A stretch of DNA of 62,105 bases, the filler included, from Asterionella formosa (Eukaryota), in NCBI GenBank assembly GCA_002256025.1. It is 4 parts of 4 records of this genome, joined end to end, with 100 filler letters (N's around TTAATTAATTAA, not from the genome) between each part and the next. Parts side by side here need not be neighbours in the genome. Positions count along the whole stretch, not along the records: positions 1 to 15,463 come from NKIB01005421.1; positions 15,564 to 31,023 come from NKIB01005429.1; 2 more parts are not named here. One strand, given 5' to 3'. This document shows, piece after piece, positions 12,670-23,536 of the stretch. How positions within the stretch are numbered: position 1 is the first letter of the stretch; each line of letters opens with the position of its first letter. The position numbers were made by a program, and so were the translations under genes. Below the pieces are notes generated by a model. It made no database searches. It saw nothing but the letters and a program-made list of their open reading frames with translations, and was not told the DNA's origin.

Positions 12670-13620
12670 GCAGTTGGGTTAAGACACAAAACTCGACAAA
12701 AGCACTACTTTGTAGATGTTCATGAAAAGCGAGACACTTGGCCTATCGCCCACCAGCCAGTCTATACTGCAAAAATGCAAGAAGCACAAGTTGAATGCCC
12801 ATTTATGGATTCAAGTTTCAGTAGTGCAACAATGTAAAATATTAGAAACCGGAAGTAACATTTGATCTAATTACGGTTTTAATTTTAATAGTATTGATCA
12901 TTGAGAGGAAGCAATGGTGGAAGAATGCCAAACGGGCGGGGGGAAACAACACAGAGGAGCCTAATTTTTCTCCCCAATGATCCCAGACCCTCTTGGATGT
13001 TACTTGCTACAGAAAATGGAGAACAGCCGACATGATCTGTTGATTGTTGCTTTATGGTGCCACTGACCAAAACCTCCAGAAATCTCAATGAGTTGCTTGT
13101 TTCTTGACTTGAGAATGCAAAAGGGATCGAAACCAGTGGAAAAATCAAACTAAAAATGCTCTGCAAACATCGGGACAATTGTGAAAGAGAAATGAAGGTT
13201 CTTGGGAGGAGAGGTAAAGGTATAATTGCTTCTGGTCTTGCGGGAACAAGAATAGATTGACCCAAACAATGTTGACAAATAATTACCTACGGGAAAAGGA
13301 AGCAATGATTTCAGCATCATCAATCTAAACACAAGCCCGCGCCACCTGATGTCTTCAATATAGCTACCTCGACTTCATCAATGAAGAAGTCAATGGGTGG
13401 AGCATGTGAGGAAAATAGGGGTTGAGGTTTTCTTGACGCTAACGTGGACCTGCTTGGCTGAACTCCTTGCAGATGAAGGCATTGAGTAACCTGGGCCTGT
13501 GAAGCCAAAGGATAAAGAAAAATCTACGACAAGGGTGGTGAGATAGTGTTTAGGAGGGGGGAGCAAAAGTTAAAATAGCTGAACGCATTTGACACTTGTA
13601 TAGACAATAGATGGTGGCAT
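12670..13620 (+). pseudogene. Decayed IS630/Tc1-like DDE transposase
   Basis: Pieces read across frameshifts: 'RQKHYFVDVHEKRDT' (YxDGHE-type motif), 'RGKG...IDPNNVDK', 'DFINEE', 'IGVEVFLT..AELLADEGIE'. Confidence 0.6.
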
Positions 13621-13820
13621 GCTATGGCTGCTCCTGGCTGACAGCTGCAAAGTCAAGAACAAACACAATGAGGGTGCACAAAAGACAGTCCAATTTTAAT
13701 CGACTGGCTAATACTTAGTTGTAAGACTCACCATTCTGCAATGGGGTGGACTTTTACATTGATTCGTTCAAAGCACAATCAATTCGAATTCTGTCCAGTG
13801 AAACAGCCAATGAAAACAAT

Positions 13821-15463
13821 TGTGGCGAAAAAGCGCAGAACAGATCAAGAGATTTTGAACGAATATTGCAGTGCAGTGTGGGCAAGTGGGTGAACATACC
13901 GTGTCATACGGTACAGGGTACCAACTAGCCGTTAGAGTGCTTTAGCGATAGTACAGCGTGCAACAAGCTTGGAGGAGCAAATGCGCTGGAACGGCGTAGG
14001 TATATATATCTTAAAGACTATGTTTTTCAACCTTTATCTTTCTTTCGTTGAGCACCACGTAAGTTGTTCTGCCGACCACACAAGCGTATTTATTCGGCTT
14101 ATCAGACCCACCGATCTACCGATTACCACTTGAGTTATCTTTGAATCGGAGAAGAGCGTACAGTGCGAGCGATTAGGAGCGTCGAATTCGAACCATCGAG
14201 ACAAGGCGTCCGGCGTCATGTGTTCGTAACGAATTTTTCATATACAGTATGTAGTGTCACGTGTGCGTACCGAATTTGGATGATGACGATCATTCGCAGG
14301 CATCGGTGACCGTGTGCACTCGAGTCATACCGACAGGTATCCACAGACGACCAGCGAGCAATAGCGATTGTTGCCGGAGTTGAACTGATCACTCAACGAA
14401 GGCATTGGCGAAACGGTGCTGCCTGCACACAAGTACTATTCGTTACAGCGGGAATCCACTGACGACATGCGTTTGCGTTTGCGAATTACTACCATTCTCT
14501 TTTCCCAGCAAATCTACTCATTATCATGGCGAATAACTTGGTCGGAGTCGCCCACGTTCTGTTGGCAATCGGTTTTGAGGTCGCTGTCGAACGTACAAAT
14601 ATCATGGCAGCAGGTATTAGCGAGTTTGAGGATTTCCGTTATCTAGTCGAAAAGGACATTTGTGACATGGCAGACGAATTTGGGAAGCGTAGCGTGGCAA
14701 ACGGAAAAATTGTCTTTGGACTTGGACGCACAAAGAAATTGACAGGTGTTATGCATTGGGTCCAGGATTACAATCGAGTTAACGACGTTCCGGACCACAA
14801 CGATTTCAATGTTGAGATTCTGTATCAATCGTTGAGCCTTGCGCAGATCAGGAAGTCCGACATAGATCTTGTGGCTACTAATTCCAAGGCTGCCGATCCG
14901 GGAAAATTTAAAGATGAGAGGAAGTGGCCTAAGTGGGAAAAGGCCTTTATCAACTACTTGGCTGTCATTCCTGGCGTTAGCGGCATACCGTTGTCTTATG
15001 TGGTAAGAGAAGCGGAGGATCCCAAAGCTGAGGCCGATTATGGCTCATTCATCGAGCGCATGATCCATTGCACCCCCCTTAACGGTCAGTATTACATTGC
15101 GGATGCGAGATGTGTGCATACATTGTTACTTGGTTTTCTACAGGGCGAACAGACAGAAAATTGGATTCGTTCCATCTCTCGTTATCAGGACGGTCGTAGG
15201 GACATGGTCGCGTTGAGGCGGCACTACGCTGGCGAAGGAAATTCCACACGTAGGATTGCCGACGCCAAGAAGATTCAATCATCCCTCCACTACAAGACAG
15301 AACGTGCGTTACCTTTTAACAAGTTCTTGGATTCAATACAACGTATGTTCACGATCTTCGAAGAAGAGAACGAGCCTTTGTCCGAAAGAGCGAAAGTAGA
15401 CGAGCTATTGTCCAAAGTGCAGAGCTCCGGCTTATCTGCCGCAGTCGCCCAACTCAGATACCA
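13821..15463 (+). mobile_element. 5' part of a Ty1/Copia (CoDi-like) LTR retrotransposon, cut by the scaffold end
   Basis: Gag ORF with a long leader. A candidate TG...CA LTR at ~13821-14028 cannot be confirmed because no second LTR is present. Confidence 0.6.
14526..15463 (+). CDS. Copia-type Gag (partial)
   Basis: Open frame running into the gap, with PGKFKDERKWPKWEKAFINYLAVIPGVSGIPLSYVVRE and DGRRDMVALRRHYAGEG, typical of diatom Copia gag. Confidence 0.8.
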
Positions 15464-15563
15464 NNNNNNNNNNNNNNNNNNNNNNNNNNNNNNNNNNNNN
15501 NNNNNNNTTAATTAATTAANNNNNNNNNNNNNNNNNNNNNNNNNNNNNNNNNNNNNNNNNNNN
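15464..15563. other. Artificial scaffold spacer
   Basis: N44-TTAATTAATTAA-N44, giving stops in all six frames. Confidence 0.97.
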
Positions 15564-16199
15564 GAACAACCTAAACTAGATTAGTAAACTCACAATAAGA
15601 ATATAGAAACGGAAAGAGAAACGAACGTCTCTATCTATAGTCTTCTTTGTCTAACGATATAGATCTATACAAAAAGGTAATACTTTAACATATGTGAACG
15701 ATATAATTCAACATTTCAGGTCTCGTAAAAATAATACCGAGTCTACAGAGATAATATTATAACGTGTTCAAAGTAAGCGTTAAAGCATAGCTTAAACCAT
15801 GCATGGCTGTTTTTAGTACCACGTACATATGTAGACTAGATGACTGCCAGTACCGGTAGAATATCCGTTAAGCATCATTACATACATGACCGGAGCAAAA
15901 ACTTGCCACCAACATCAAATGTATCGATATCATCGTTCGTCCGACGAAAAATGGACGATGCGATTACATGAATAGTACCTCGAGAAGACAAGCAATCCAA
16001 CGATCAACCGCATCCGTTAGGCAAAGAATCCCTACTGGCGTCATCGCGGAACTGATTTCGCTTCAAAACGGTCATGATGGACAACGATTGGCATGGTGAA
16101 AGGTGAATTGCCGGAGTCCACTTTTCAGGAGACGAACAAAAACGAGGTGAATTCTAGATGTAGATTATTTGAATTTTTATAGTATATAAAATGGTTTCC

Positions 16200-16669
16200 T
16201 TAAGTAGACCCCTTGCCGATTTCGGCAATCCCAGGGCTTGAAAACCGAGGGGCAATTGGTGTCTGTTGTCTTGCCAAAATGCGAACATATGAAATATACA
16301 AAATATATTTTAATGATGGGCAATATCGGACCTTTGGCAATTTTCGAGGTGAAGATAAGAAATATCCAAAATATATTTTATATGATGGGCAATAGTAGGC
16401 TAAAATTGACATTAATGCTATATTTTTGGGCAGTAGGAAAGCGAATGACGCGACGATAGCTAGAGCGGGAATTGCCTCAACAATACCCTTCTCGGCGGCT
16501 ACTTGCCTTCTCGTATACATGTGTACTCGGCTGGGATGGCACTCGTAGTGTGACCTTCTCTCAGCGCCGGGGGCGCCACTCGTACAGTCAACCTACTCGC
16601 GCCACCCAGCCTCGAAGATATGTACACTCGCAGGCAAGAGACCACCTCGGGCGTGTATTGCCTTCAGCA
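16200..16669. mobile_element. Non-autonomous repeat ending in a CTCG-periodic hairpin (copy 1)
   Basis: Homologous to 22903-23377, sharing gatttcggcaat, aaatatccaaaata and tatgatgggcaat motifs and the terminal hairpin. Confidence 0.65.
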
Positions 16670-16774
16670 CTACTCTTACCCTGTTGTTTTGGTACCAGGT
16701 ACCAGGTACCAGGTACCAGGTACTCAATGATCCGCTGCTTACAACATCTGTGCTAGCATTATTGTAAAGGGATC

Positions 16775-17530
16775 ATGTTGTCCTCCGCTGTTCGTTCCGC
16801 TGCTGTGCGCAACAAGGCCTCTCTTCATGCTAGTATTGCCCGTCGATGCATGTCGGGTACATACAAGTCGCAAACCTCTGCTGTGAGTCCATTGTCAACA
16901 GAATCAGGGCATTCTTTCTTTATCGCATACAATTGAGTCGAAGTAATCATTTTTGACGAGTTGAGGCTCACAATAATCGTTCTTCCTTCTCTATCATAGT
17001 TGAACCGTTTGGATAATGTTGATGAGGTTTTGTCGGGAGGCGCCGGCGTCCCTGTCGCGGATAATATTGAGTACGCAATTTCCAGAGTGGATGACTTGGT
17101 CAATTGGGCCCGCAAAGGTTCTCTCTGGCCCATGACGTTTGGATTGGCGTGCTGTGCTGTCGAAATGATGCATGCGGCTGCGTCTCGATATGATATGGAA
17201 CGGTTCGGTATGGTGTTTCGGGCATCTCCTCGGCAATCAGATGTCATGATTGTGGCTGGTACACTCACTAATAAGATGGCCCCCGCTCTCCGGAAGGTGT
17301 ACGATCAAATGCCTGAACCCCGCTGGGTGGTGTCGATGGGATCTTGTGCCAATGGAGGAGGATATTACCATTATTCATACTCGGTGGTGCGAGGATGCGA
17401 TCGAATTGTCCCTGTAGATATTTATGTTCCTGGTTGTCCTCCAACTGCCGAAGCTTTATTGTTTGGATTGCTTCAACTGCAAAAGAAGATCAAGGGTAAC
17501 AAGTCATTGCTCCTACGAATGAGAAAGTAA
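16775..17530 (+). CDS. NDUFS7: Mitochondrial complex I subunit NDUFS7/PSST (NuoB); exons 16775-16882 and 17000-17530
   Basis: Transit-peptide-like exon 1, phase-0 GT(gagt)...AG intron, and motifs [49 protein letters not shown]. Confidence 0.96.
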
Positions 17531-19007
17531 CGAGTATTATACAATACAGCTGGACGAGTTGGCATGTGATGTCAACTCCCTAAGAATTTGTCGAAACATT
17601 TTATATATTCATTTTTAAAAATCAAGTGCTCGCTGCCTATTATTCTTGACCGATTTTTGTTTGGCTTTTATTAGTCACAATAGATTCCCCCCTCTATATT
17701 TAGCACGACTTGTGCCTGTTATCATAGTCAGTATAGCCAAGGAACTGGTCTGCTGTAAAGGCAATTCTGGTTTTGACCACTGTACTCAACCCATATTTGG
17801 GGGAGGATACAATTGAAAAATAGTTTTTAAGAACAGGTGCCATGATGTATCTTACAAAGGACCCTTCAGCATCCTCTTAACAACTGATCAGCAGGGACAA
17901 GTAAAGCAACAAACATGTTATTCTAGCTATCAACAGCTGTGGCAATGGAGGAGTGACAGACGCAATTCCCAAATGGATTGTTTGGAGATATACTTTCTAT
18001 CTGCCAATTGCATACAAATTACTAGCTAATGGCCTACTGATCCATCAGCCTATTGATCCATCAGATCATCAAAGTGCCTCAAAACATATAATAATAGCTA
18101 ATCGTTATTTCCTATAGTTTGCTATCAATTACCCTGTTTATGAGGCCATTGACACTACCAAAAGCACCACCATTGTCAATCAATTGATTGATTTAGCATT
18201 GCTAGTGGTTTTCTCATGGTTAATTGTGGTCGAGGGGTGTTTCAATGGCCGATTTTTCCAAAATAAACAAGGAGTAACATAAAGTACTGTAGGTATTTCT
18301 TGAGAGACTCCACTAAAATTTCGGTGAAACTCGAAGAAGAAGTTTTACCTATCGGAAAACCGACTAAAACACCCCGGAAAATCCAAACGTTTGGCTATGG
18401 CGAAGGTTGCATGTGCATATTATTTTTACGACAAATACATAAGCAATGCAAAAGAACATCATGATCCAAAAAAACCCGTTTTGATGCATTCTGCCCATTT
18501 TCGGTATACGTAGACTGCCATACTATCTCATTGGTATCATGATACAATATCTGAAGCATTACATACGACAGCCATCGCATAGATACTATGACGTCTAGTA
18601 TCATCAGTCGGTACTACCATCAAATTAACACTAGTGGGCCGCATTTTCATAACAACAATTCTTGATGGCGGTGACGCGAGGTAACACCACAAGTAACATA
18701 TGGCTGAGCGATGGATGCTCGTCCTCATCAAGACCATCGCAAAAATCGCTACTCCGAAGTTACCAGGGTACCAGGTACAGGTACAGATACTATATCATAT
18801 GTGGAAGCAAGGAAAAGGAACTGATAGCTTAGCATTCTATCATCATCAGAATTCGCATGGTGGCAACAGCGAGACCTGCTTACACAGATCTCTAGTTGCA
18901 AGAAGTCTACTACTCCAAAGTAATTCGTGTCGCTTCGGCACGCAATCAATAACCAAGTTTTGAAGGGTAACGACACAAAAATCGTTCCATAGACAACACG
19001 ACACATA

Positions 19008-19679
19008 ATGCCAGCAGTATCGAAGGACTGCAATGCCTGCGTCAAGAGGAGCTGGTCTACTTTTCGACTTTTCCTTCTACACATGGCATTAGGTTTACAT
19101 CAAGGCGATTCTTTTACGGTACGGGAAAATATGATTCATCCAGAAACAGCACTTTTCGGTGCATCTAAAATTCAACGAGTCGGTCCCTCCGATGACGACA
19201 CACCATTTGTTCTTAATGGAAACAAACCGGAACAAGCAGAAGAGCCACTGGTAATCCCTGCTCATTCATTGGACATATTATTGTCGCCATCCTCATCTGT
19301 GGATATGAATCAGATGGGACCCACAGCTCTGGCATATCTTGGCGATGTCGTCTTTGAACTCTTTGTCCGCTCGCGCAAACTCTGGCCGACGAGGCGAACG
19401 GATGATCTTCAATTACAGGTCGTCGCACTTGTCAACGCCGAACATCAAAGTAAACTGTTGGCGTCACTTTTAGAAAATTTTGAGTTGACGCCGGCAGAAC
19501 TCCAAATATTATCCAGAGGCCGAAACGCATCCACATCGAAATCCAACAATCGAAAGAACCCAAAGGCCTATCAAGATTCTACCGCTATTGAAGCGTTGAT
19601 TGGATATTTGTATATTACAGATAAGGCAAGATTAGAAGTTTTGTTCAATTGGATTTCTGTTTTTCTGGAGCGCGTCTAA
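19008..19679 (+). CDS. Mini-ribonuclease III (MrnC-like), probably organelle-targeted
   Basis: ALAYLGDVVFEL, RGRNA and YQDSTAIEALIGYLY; no dsRBD; N-terminal extension. Confidence 0.88.
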   Translation: MPAVSKDCNACVKRSWSTFRLFLLHMALGLHQGDSFTVRENMIHPETALFGASKIQRVGPSDDDTPFVLNGNKPEQAEEPLVIPAHSLDILLSPSSSVDMNQMGPTALAYLGDVVFELFVRSRKLWPTRRTDDLQLQVVALVNAEHQSKLLASLLENFELTPAELQILSRGRNASTSKSNNRKNPKAYQDSTAIEALIGYLYITDKARLEVLFNWISVFLERV

Positions 19680-19838
19680 GGAGGAGCCTCCAATATTGCT
19701 TTCGAATTCTACCTCATTGTGCCGATTATTAATTTAAATTAGTAATATCCGACGTTAATTGATGTCAATGTACGAATACAATTTTTCTACCCATTGTCAA
19801 CAATTTTTAAAACACAGCCATTCCAAGCGAGGCGACCT

Positions 19839-20951
19839 TCAAAAAACGAAATTGGCGGCAAACCAATCCAAAAGATTTATTTGGATATCCTCCGACTTTT
19901 TCTCGGACATTGTAATGTCACCCCAAGGTTCAGAAAAGATTTGATTGCCAAATGGCACAGTTCGCTTGTCGCGCGCATTCATCCATGTCGTAACAGCAGC
20001 AGCGACTGCTTTGGGAGCTTCATGGTTTGGACAGTGTCCCACTCGATCCAACTCCAGATATCGCTTGGCAATATCTTTGGGCAATTTCTCTAAAATTTTC
20101 TTGGCAATGGTTGGCGTGCACCATGGATCCTTTGCACCAAAAATAACTAAACAATCGCAAGGCAATTCACTCACTTGCGTGAACCAATCCTTGCCAGTGG
20201 CCGGAGGCGACCACATGATACTGGAAAATGCAACGTGTGCACCCTTGCCTAGGGTACATGATTGAATTTGTTGAGGCAATTCTCCTTCAAAGGCCATTCG
20301 GTGAAAATACGCATTGTCCAAATACTTTTCAATTGTCGCCAAGTCTCGAATCCAATCAAAAAGCTTGCGACCAATTATCTTGGGTAGTTTCGGGGAAGGC
20401 AAACGCCCTGACCATCCAGGCAAATTCAATCCCCATACCGGCGTTGCATTGAGTAATACTAGACTAGATAATGGTATTCCTCGATGCGCCAAGGCGACGG
20501 CCAAATGCCCCCCTACGGAATTCCCCACTACGTGCGGTGAGGCCTTGACGACGACGTGAATGAACTCTTCCAGTTGTTCCAACCACGTGTCAGCGGAATA
20601 TTGAAGGCCTTGCTCTTGAGGGCTGAGGCCATCTTGGCAGTCTACGGGCCATGATTTCCCTTGACCTAGATAATCAACAGCATAAATGGTACAGCTCGAA
20701 TCCTGCTCTATTAATTCGGATATGAGTCGGTGTTGATGAAAGGATCCAACGCCAAAGCCATTGAGTAGTAAAATAGTTTTCTTGTCAATTCTGGTGGTCT
20801 CATCAGAATTAGCCGATTGAGCGTAATCAAAAGCGATAGAGTGGCCTCGCCAAGTCCAGGTTTTCTGCTGGATCGTGATGGATGAGGTGGCTTGGGCAAA
20901 TACGAACATCAAGAACGTGAAGTCTAAAATGAAATGCATGATAGGAAGCAT
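19839..20951 (-). CDS. Alpha/beta-fold hydrolase with signal peptide
   Basis: LLLNGFGVG, VDYLGQGKS, nucleophile elbow GNSVGG, GAKDPW, GHCPNHEAP. Confidence 0.88.
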   Translation of the reverse strand: MLPIMHFILDFTFLMFVFAQATSSITIQQKTWTWRGHSIAFDYAQSANSDETTRIDKKTILLLNGFGVGSFHQHRLISELIEQDSSCTIYAVDYLGQGKSWPVDCQDGLSPQEQGLQYSADTWLEQLEEFIHVVVKASPHVVGNSVGGHLAVALAHRGIPLSSLVLLNATPVWGLNLPGWSGRLPSPKLPKIIGRKLFDWIRDLATIEKYLDNAYFHRMAFEGELPQQIQSCTLGKGAHVAFSSIMWSPPATGKDWFTQVSELPCDCLVIFGAKDPWCTPTIAKKILEKLPKDIAKRYLELDRVGHCPNHEAPKAVAAAVTTWMNARDKRTVPFGNQIFSEPWGDITMSEKKSEDIQINLLDWFAANFVF

Positions 20952-21563
20952 AGTATTTTTTGATCAGCATATAGCTAAAACGATGTTAATGACAAAAAGA
21001 GTCAAATAGTGACGAAGACAATAGCAAACAGGCATACACTGTTTAGTCACCAACATTTGCATTTAAAATAAAAGTGAAGCAATTTTACCAAGACGAGTGA
21101 TCCTGAAATGGAAAACGAGATCAACGGAGAGGAATGGTGTCAACATCAGCATACTATGGTACCATACCTGGTACCAGGTACTAGTATCGGTTGACTATCA
21201 TACTATCATACTGGTACCAAGTATACTAGGTAACCGGGACTTTTCCCAAACAGGGTTGAAAAGAGAAAAGTATTCGTAAATTCAACTGCCCATTGGCATT
21301 TGCACCACCGATTGCACCACTATTACTTAGAGAAACCAAAAATGCACCATCAGACTACGCATATATAAAATCCGTGCTTTCTGCCTGCACTACCGTATTG
21401 ATATTTGCTACAGAGGATCACGATCAGATTCATCTTGCTGATCATCCACCATGACCAGAGGAGCAGTGAAAAGTGAACCATGCACATGGCGTATGATGCT
21501 GCTGATGCATCATGCAGCTATTCAGCATCATCCTTCCTCCTGCGTGGAGGATTGCTGGAGGTA

Positions 21564-23377
21564 AGACTCCTCCTGAGTAGGGTCTTACCTAGGCAATTCA
21601 CAAACTAGCTATCGGCGCGCTTTTCGCCACTACATTGCCCTTTCTGGTAACATTGAAATCCTATTTTATATAGTTTGTATGTTGGATGCGAACTAGCCAA
21701 TTGCCCATCATATAAAACATATATTGTAGATTTCACATGTACAGTTTTTGGATTACTCAATCCTGCAATTGCCCATCATATAAAACATATTTTGGATATT
21801 TCATCTGCTCCGTTTTTCGACTGCCAAACTACCTTCAATATTTTCATTGGCCCCTAGATTTTATTGCCGAAATCGACTGCCGTTTATTTAAGGGAAATGG
21901 ATTACTGATATCTACAGCCCCTCAATTGACTGCTGTTTACTTAAGGAAAATGGACTGCCGAAATTGGAAGGGAGTAGGATGAGCTATGTGAAGGCACAAC
22001 TTGATGGTTTTCTTTAAAGTGTCCATGGCAATTTCACTTTTTTCATCCCTGCTATCATCCAGCATGCTCCGAGGTATAACAACTCTGTTCGCTCATTGAC
22101 GTCTATAACATCGACTCTTAATCAAATGGATCTGGGTGGTTGTTGGATAATTCGACTTTTTATGGGATTCATATTGTCGTATTGTGCTTGCTTCGTCACA
22201 GTGGCGCCAAAATTTCGTTTCCCCTTTCTGTTGATTTCCGATAGCCTTTCCGGTCAACTCCCACACCCACAGTTCTCATCGAAAAGCAAGATGATAGCTA
22301 GGGTGGGGATTGCTTAAATTTTGGTTTCTTAAACTAATTTCTTTATTTAGGGGGAAATATGGGGCACATTGGATTTTTCGGCAGTCAATTTTAGGTTTGA
22401 GCAGTGGGACCATCGAGCAACGTCAGGAGTAGTATTTTTCATGGGAAAAAGTTTAGACACATCAAAAATGTATGGACCACCGAACATACCGGTACCAGTA
22501 TATGCATGAAAAATAGTCACACAAGAATGATTGGAACAAGCATCGAAAATTCGACACGATGTTGTTAAGCAACCAAAGTATGAAACGGAAATTGAAAGGT
22601 ACGACGTGAAAATGACAAGCAGGGAGTAAAATGAAAAGTGAAAAAAATGGGTCAGCGGAAAAATCGTGTTAAATTTTGTCAATGAATATTCATTAACAAT
22701 TGTCAACTCACACTTTTTTGTCGTTGCAGCCAACGAAATTTCAAAAATTTTCAGATCGGGCCTGGAGGAGCAGAAACCGATGCCTGAATGGATTAAGTGG
22801 CAATGCTTGTTTCTGATTTGATTTGGACTTGTGGTTGTGGAGGTGTTGGAGGAGCAACAGCTTGATGGCAGAAGTTTCTTGGTGCTGGCGGTGCAGAATT
22901 CTGGCAGTCGATTTCGGCAATAAAATCTAGGGGCCAATGAAAATATTGAAGGTAGTTTGGCAGTCGAAAAACGGAGCAGATGAAATATCCAAAATATCTT
23001 TTATATCATGGGCAGAGAGTAATCCAAAAACTGTACATATGAAATCTTCAATATATGTTTTATATGATGGGCAATTGGCTAGTTCGCATCCAACATACAA
23101 ACTATATAAAATAGGATTTCAATGTTACCAGAAAGGGCAATGTAGTGGCGACAAGCGCGCCGATTGCTAGTTTGTGAATTGCCTAGGTAAGACCCTACTC
23201 GGGAGGAGTCTGCCTACTCGTAATCTTGTGTGCTCGGCTTGGGAGGCCCTCGCAGGTTGACCTTCTCGCAGCGCCGGGGGCGCCACTCGTTCGGTCAACC
23301 TACTCGCGCCTCCCAAGCCTCGAACACAAGAATACTCGCAGGCAGTCTCCACCCTCGGTCGTGTCCTACCTTCAGCA
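21564..23377. mobile_element. Fold-back-like element with ~310-bp inverted arms (21564-21881 / 22903-23211) and a terminal hairpin on the right
   Basis: The arms are near-perfect reverse complements with one small indel. No credible protein between them; 22320-22590 resembles 30590-30810. Confidence 0.8.
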
Positions 23378-23536
23378 GTCTACATACGTGAAATGTAAAG
23401 TGCCACGTGCGTAGAATAGATACCTGCCGATATGTGATTACAAGCTGAAGCAACCTCCTTGACCTTCGATTTGTGATTGTTGTTTGCACATCGTGTTGTA
23501 AGAAGTGATAGCGGTAGTCTCCCACCGGAATACTAA

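Noticed and set aside
15508..15519. TTAATTAATTAA as a biological motif or piggyBac TSD
   Set aside because: It is centred in N-runs and repeated identically three times, so it is an assembly linker.
22347..22937. 196-aa ORF inside the fold-back element as a transposase
   Set aside because: No recognisable motifs; it overlaps repeat sequence and has non-coding-like composition.
23198..23357. CRISPR-like repeat-spacer reading of the CTCG array
   Set aside because: The repeat is only 4 nt, the spacers are self-complementary, the context is eukaryotic and no cas genes are present.
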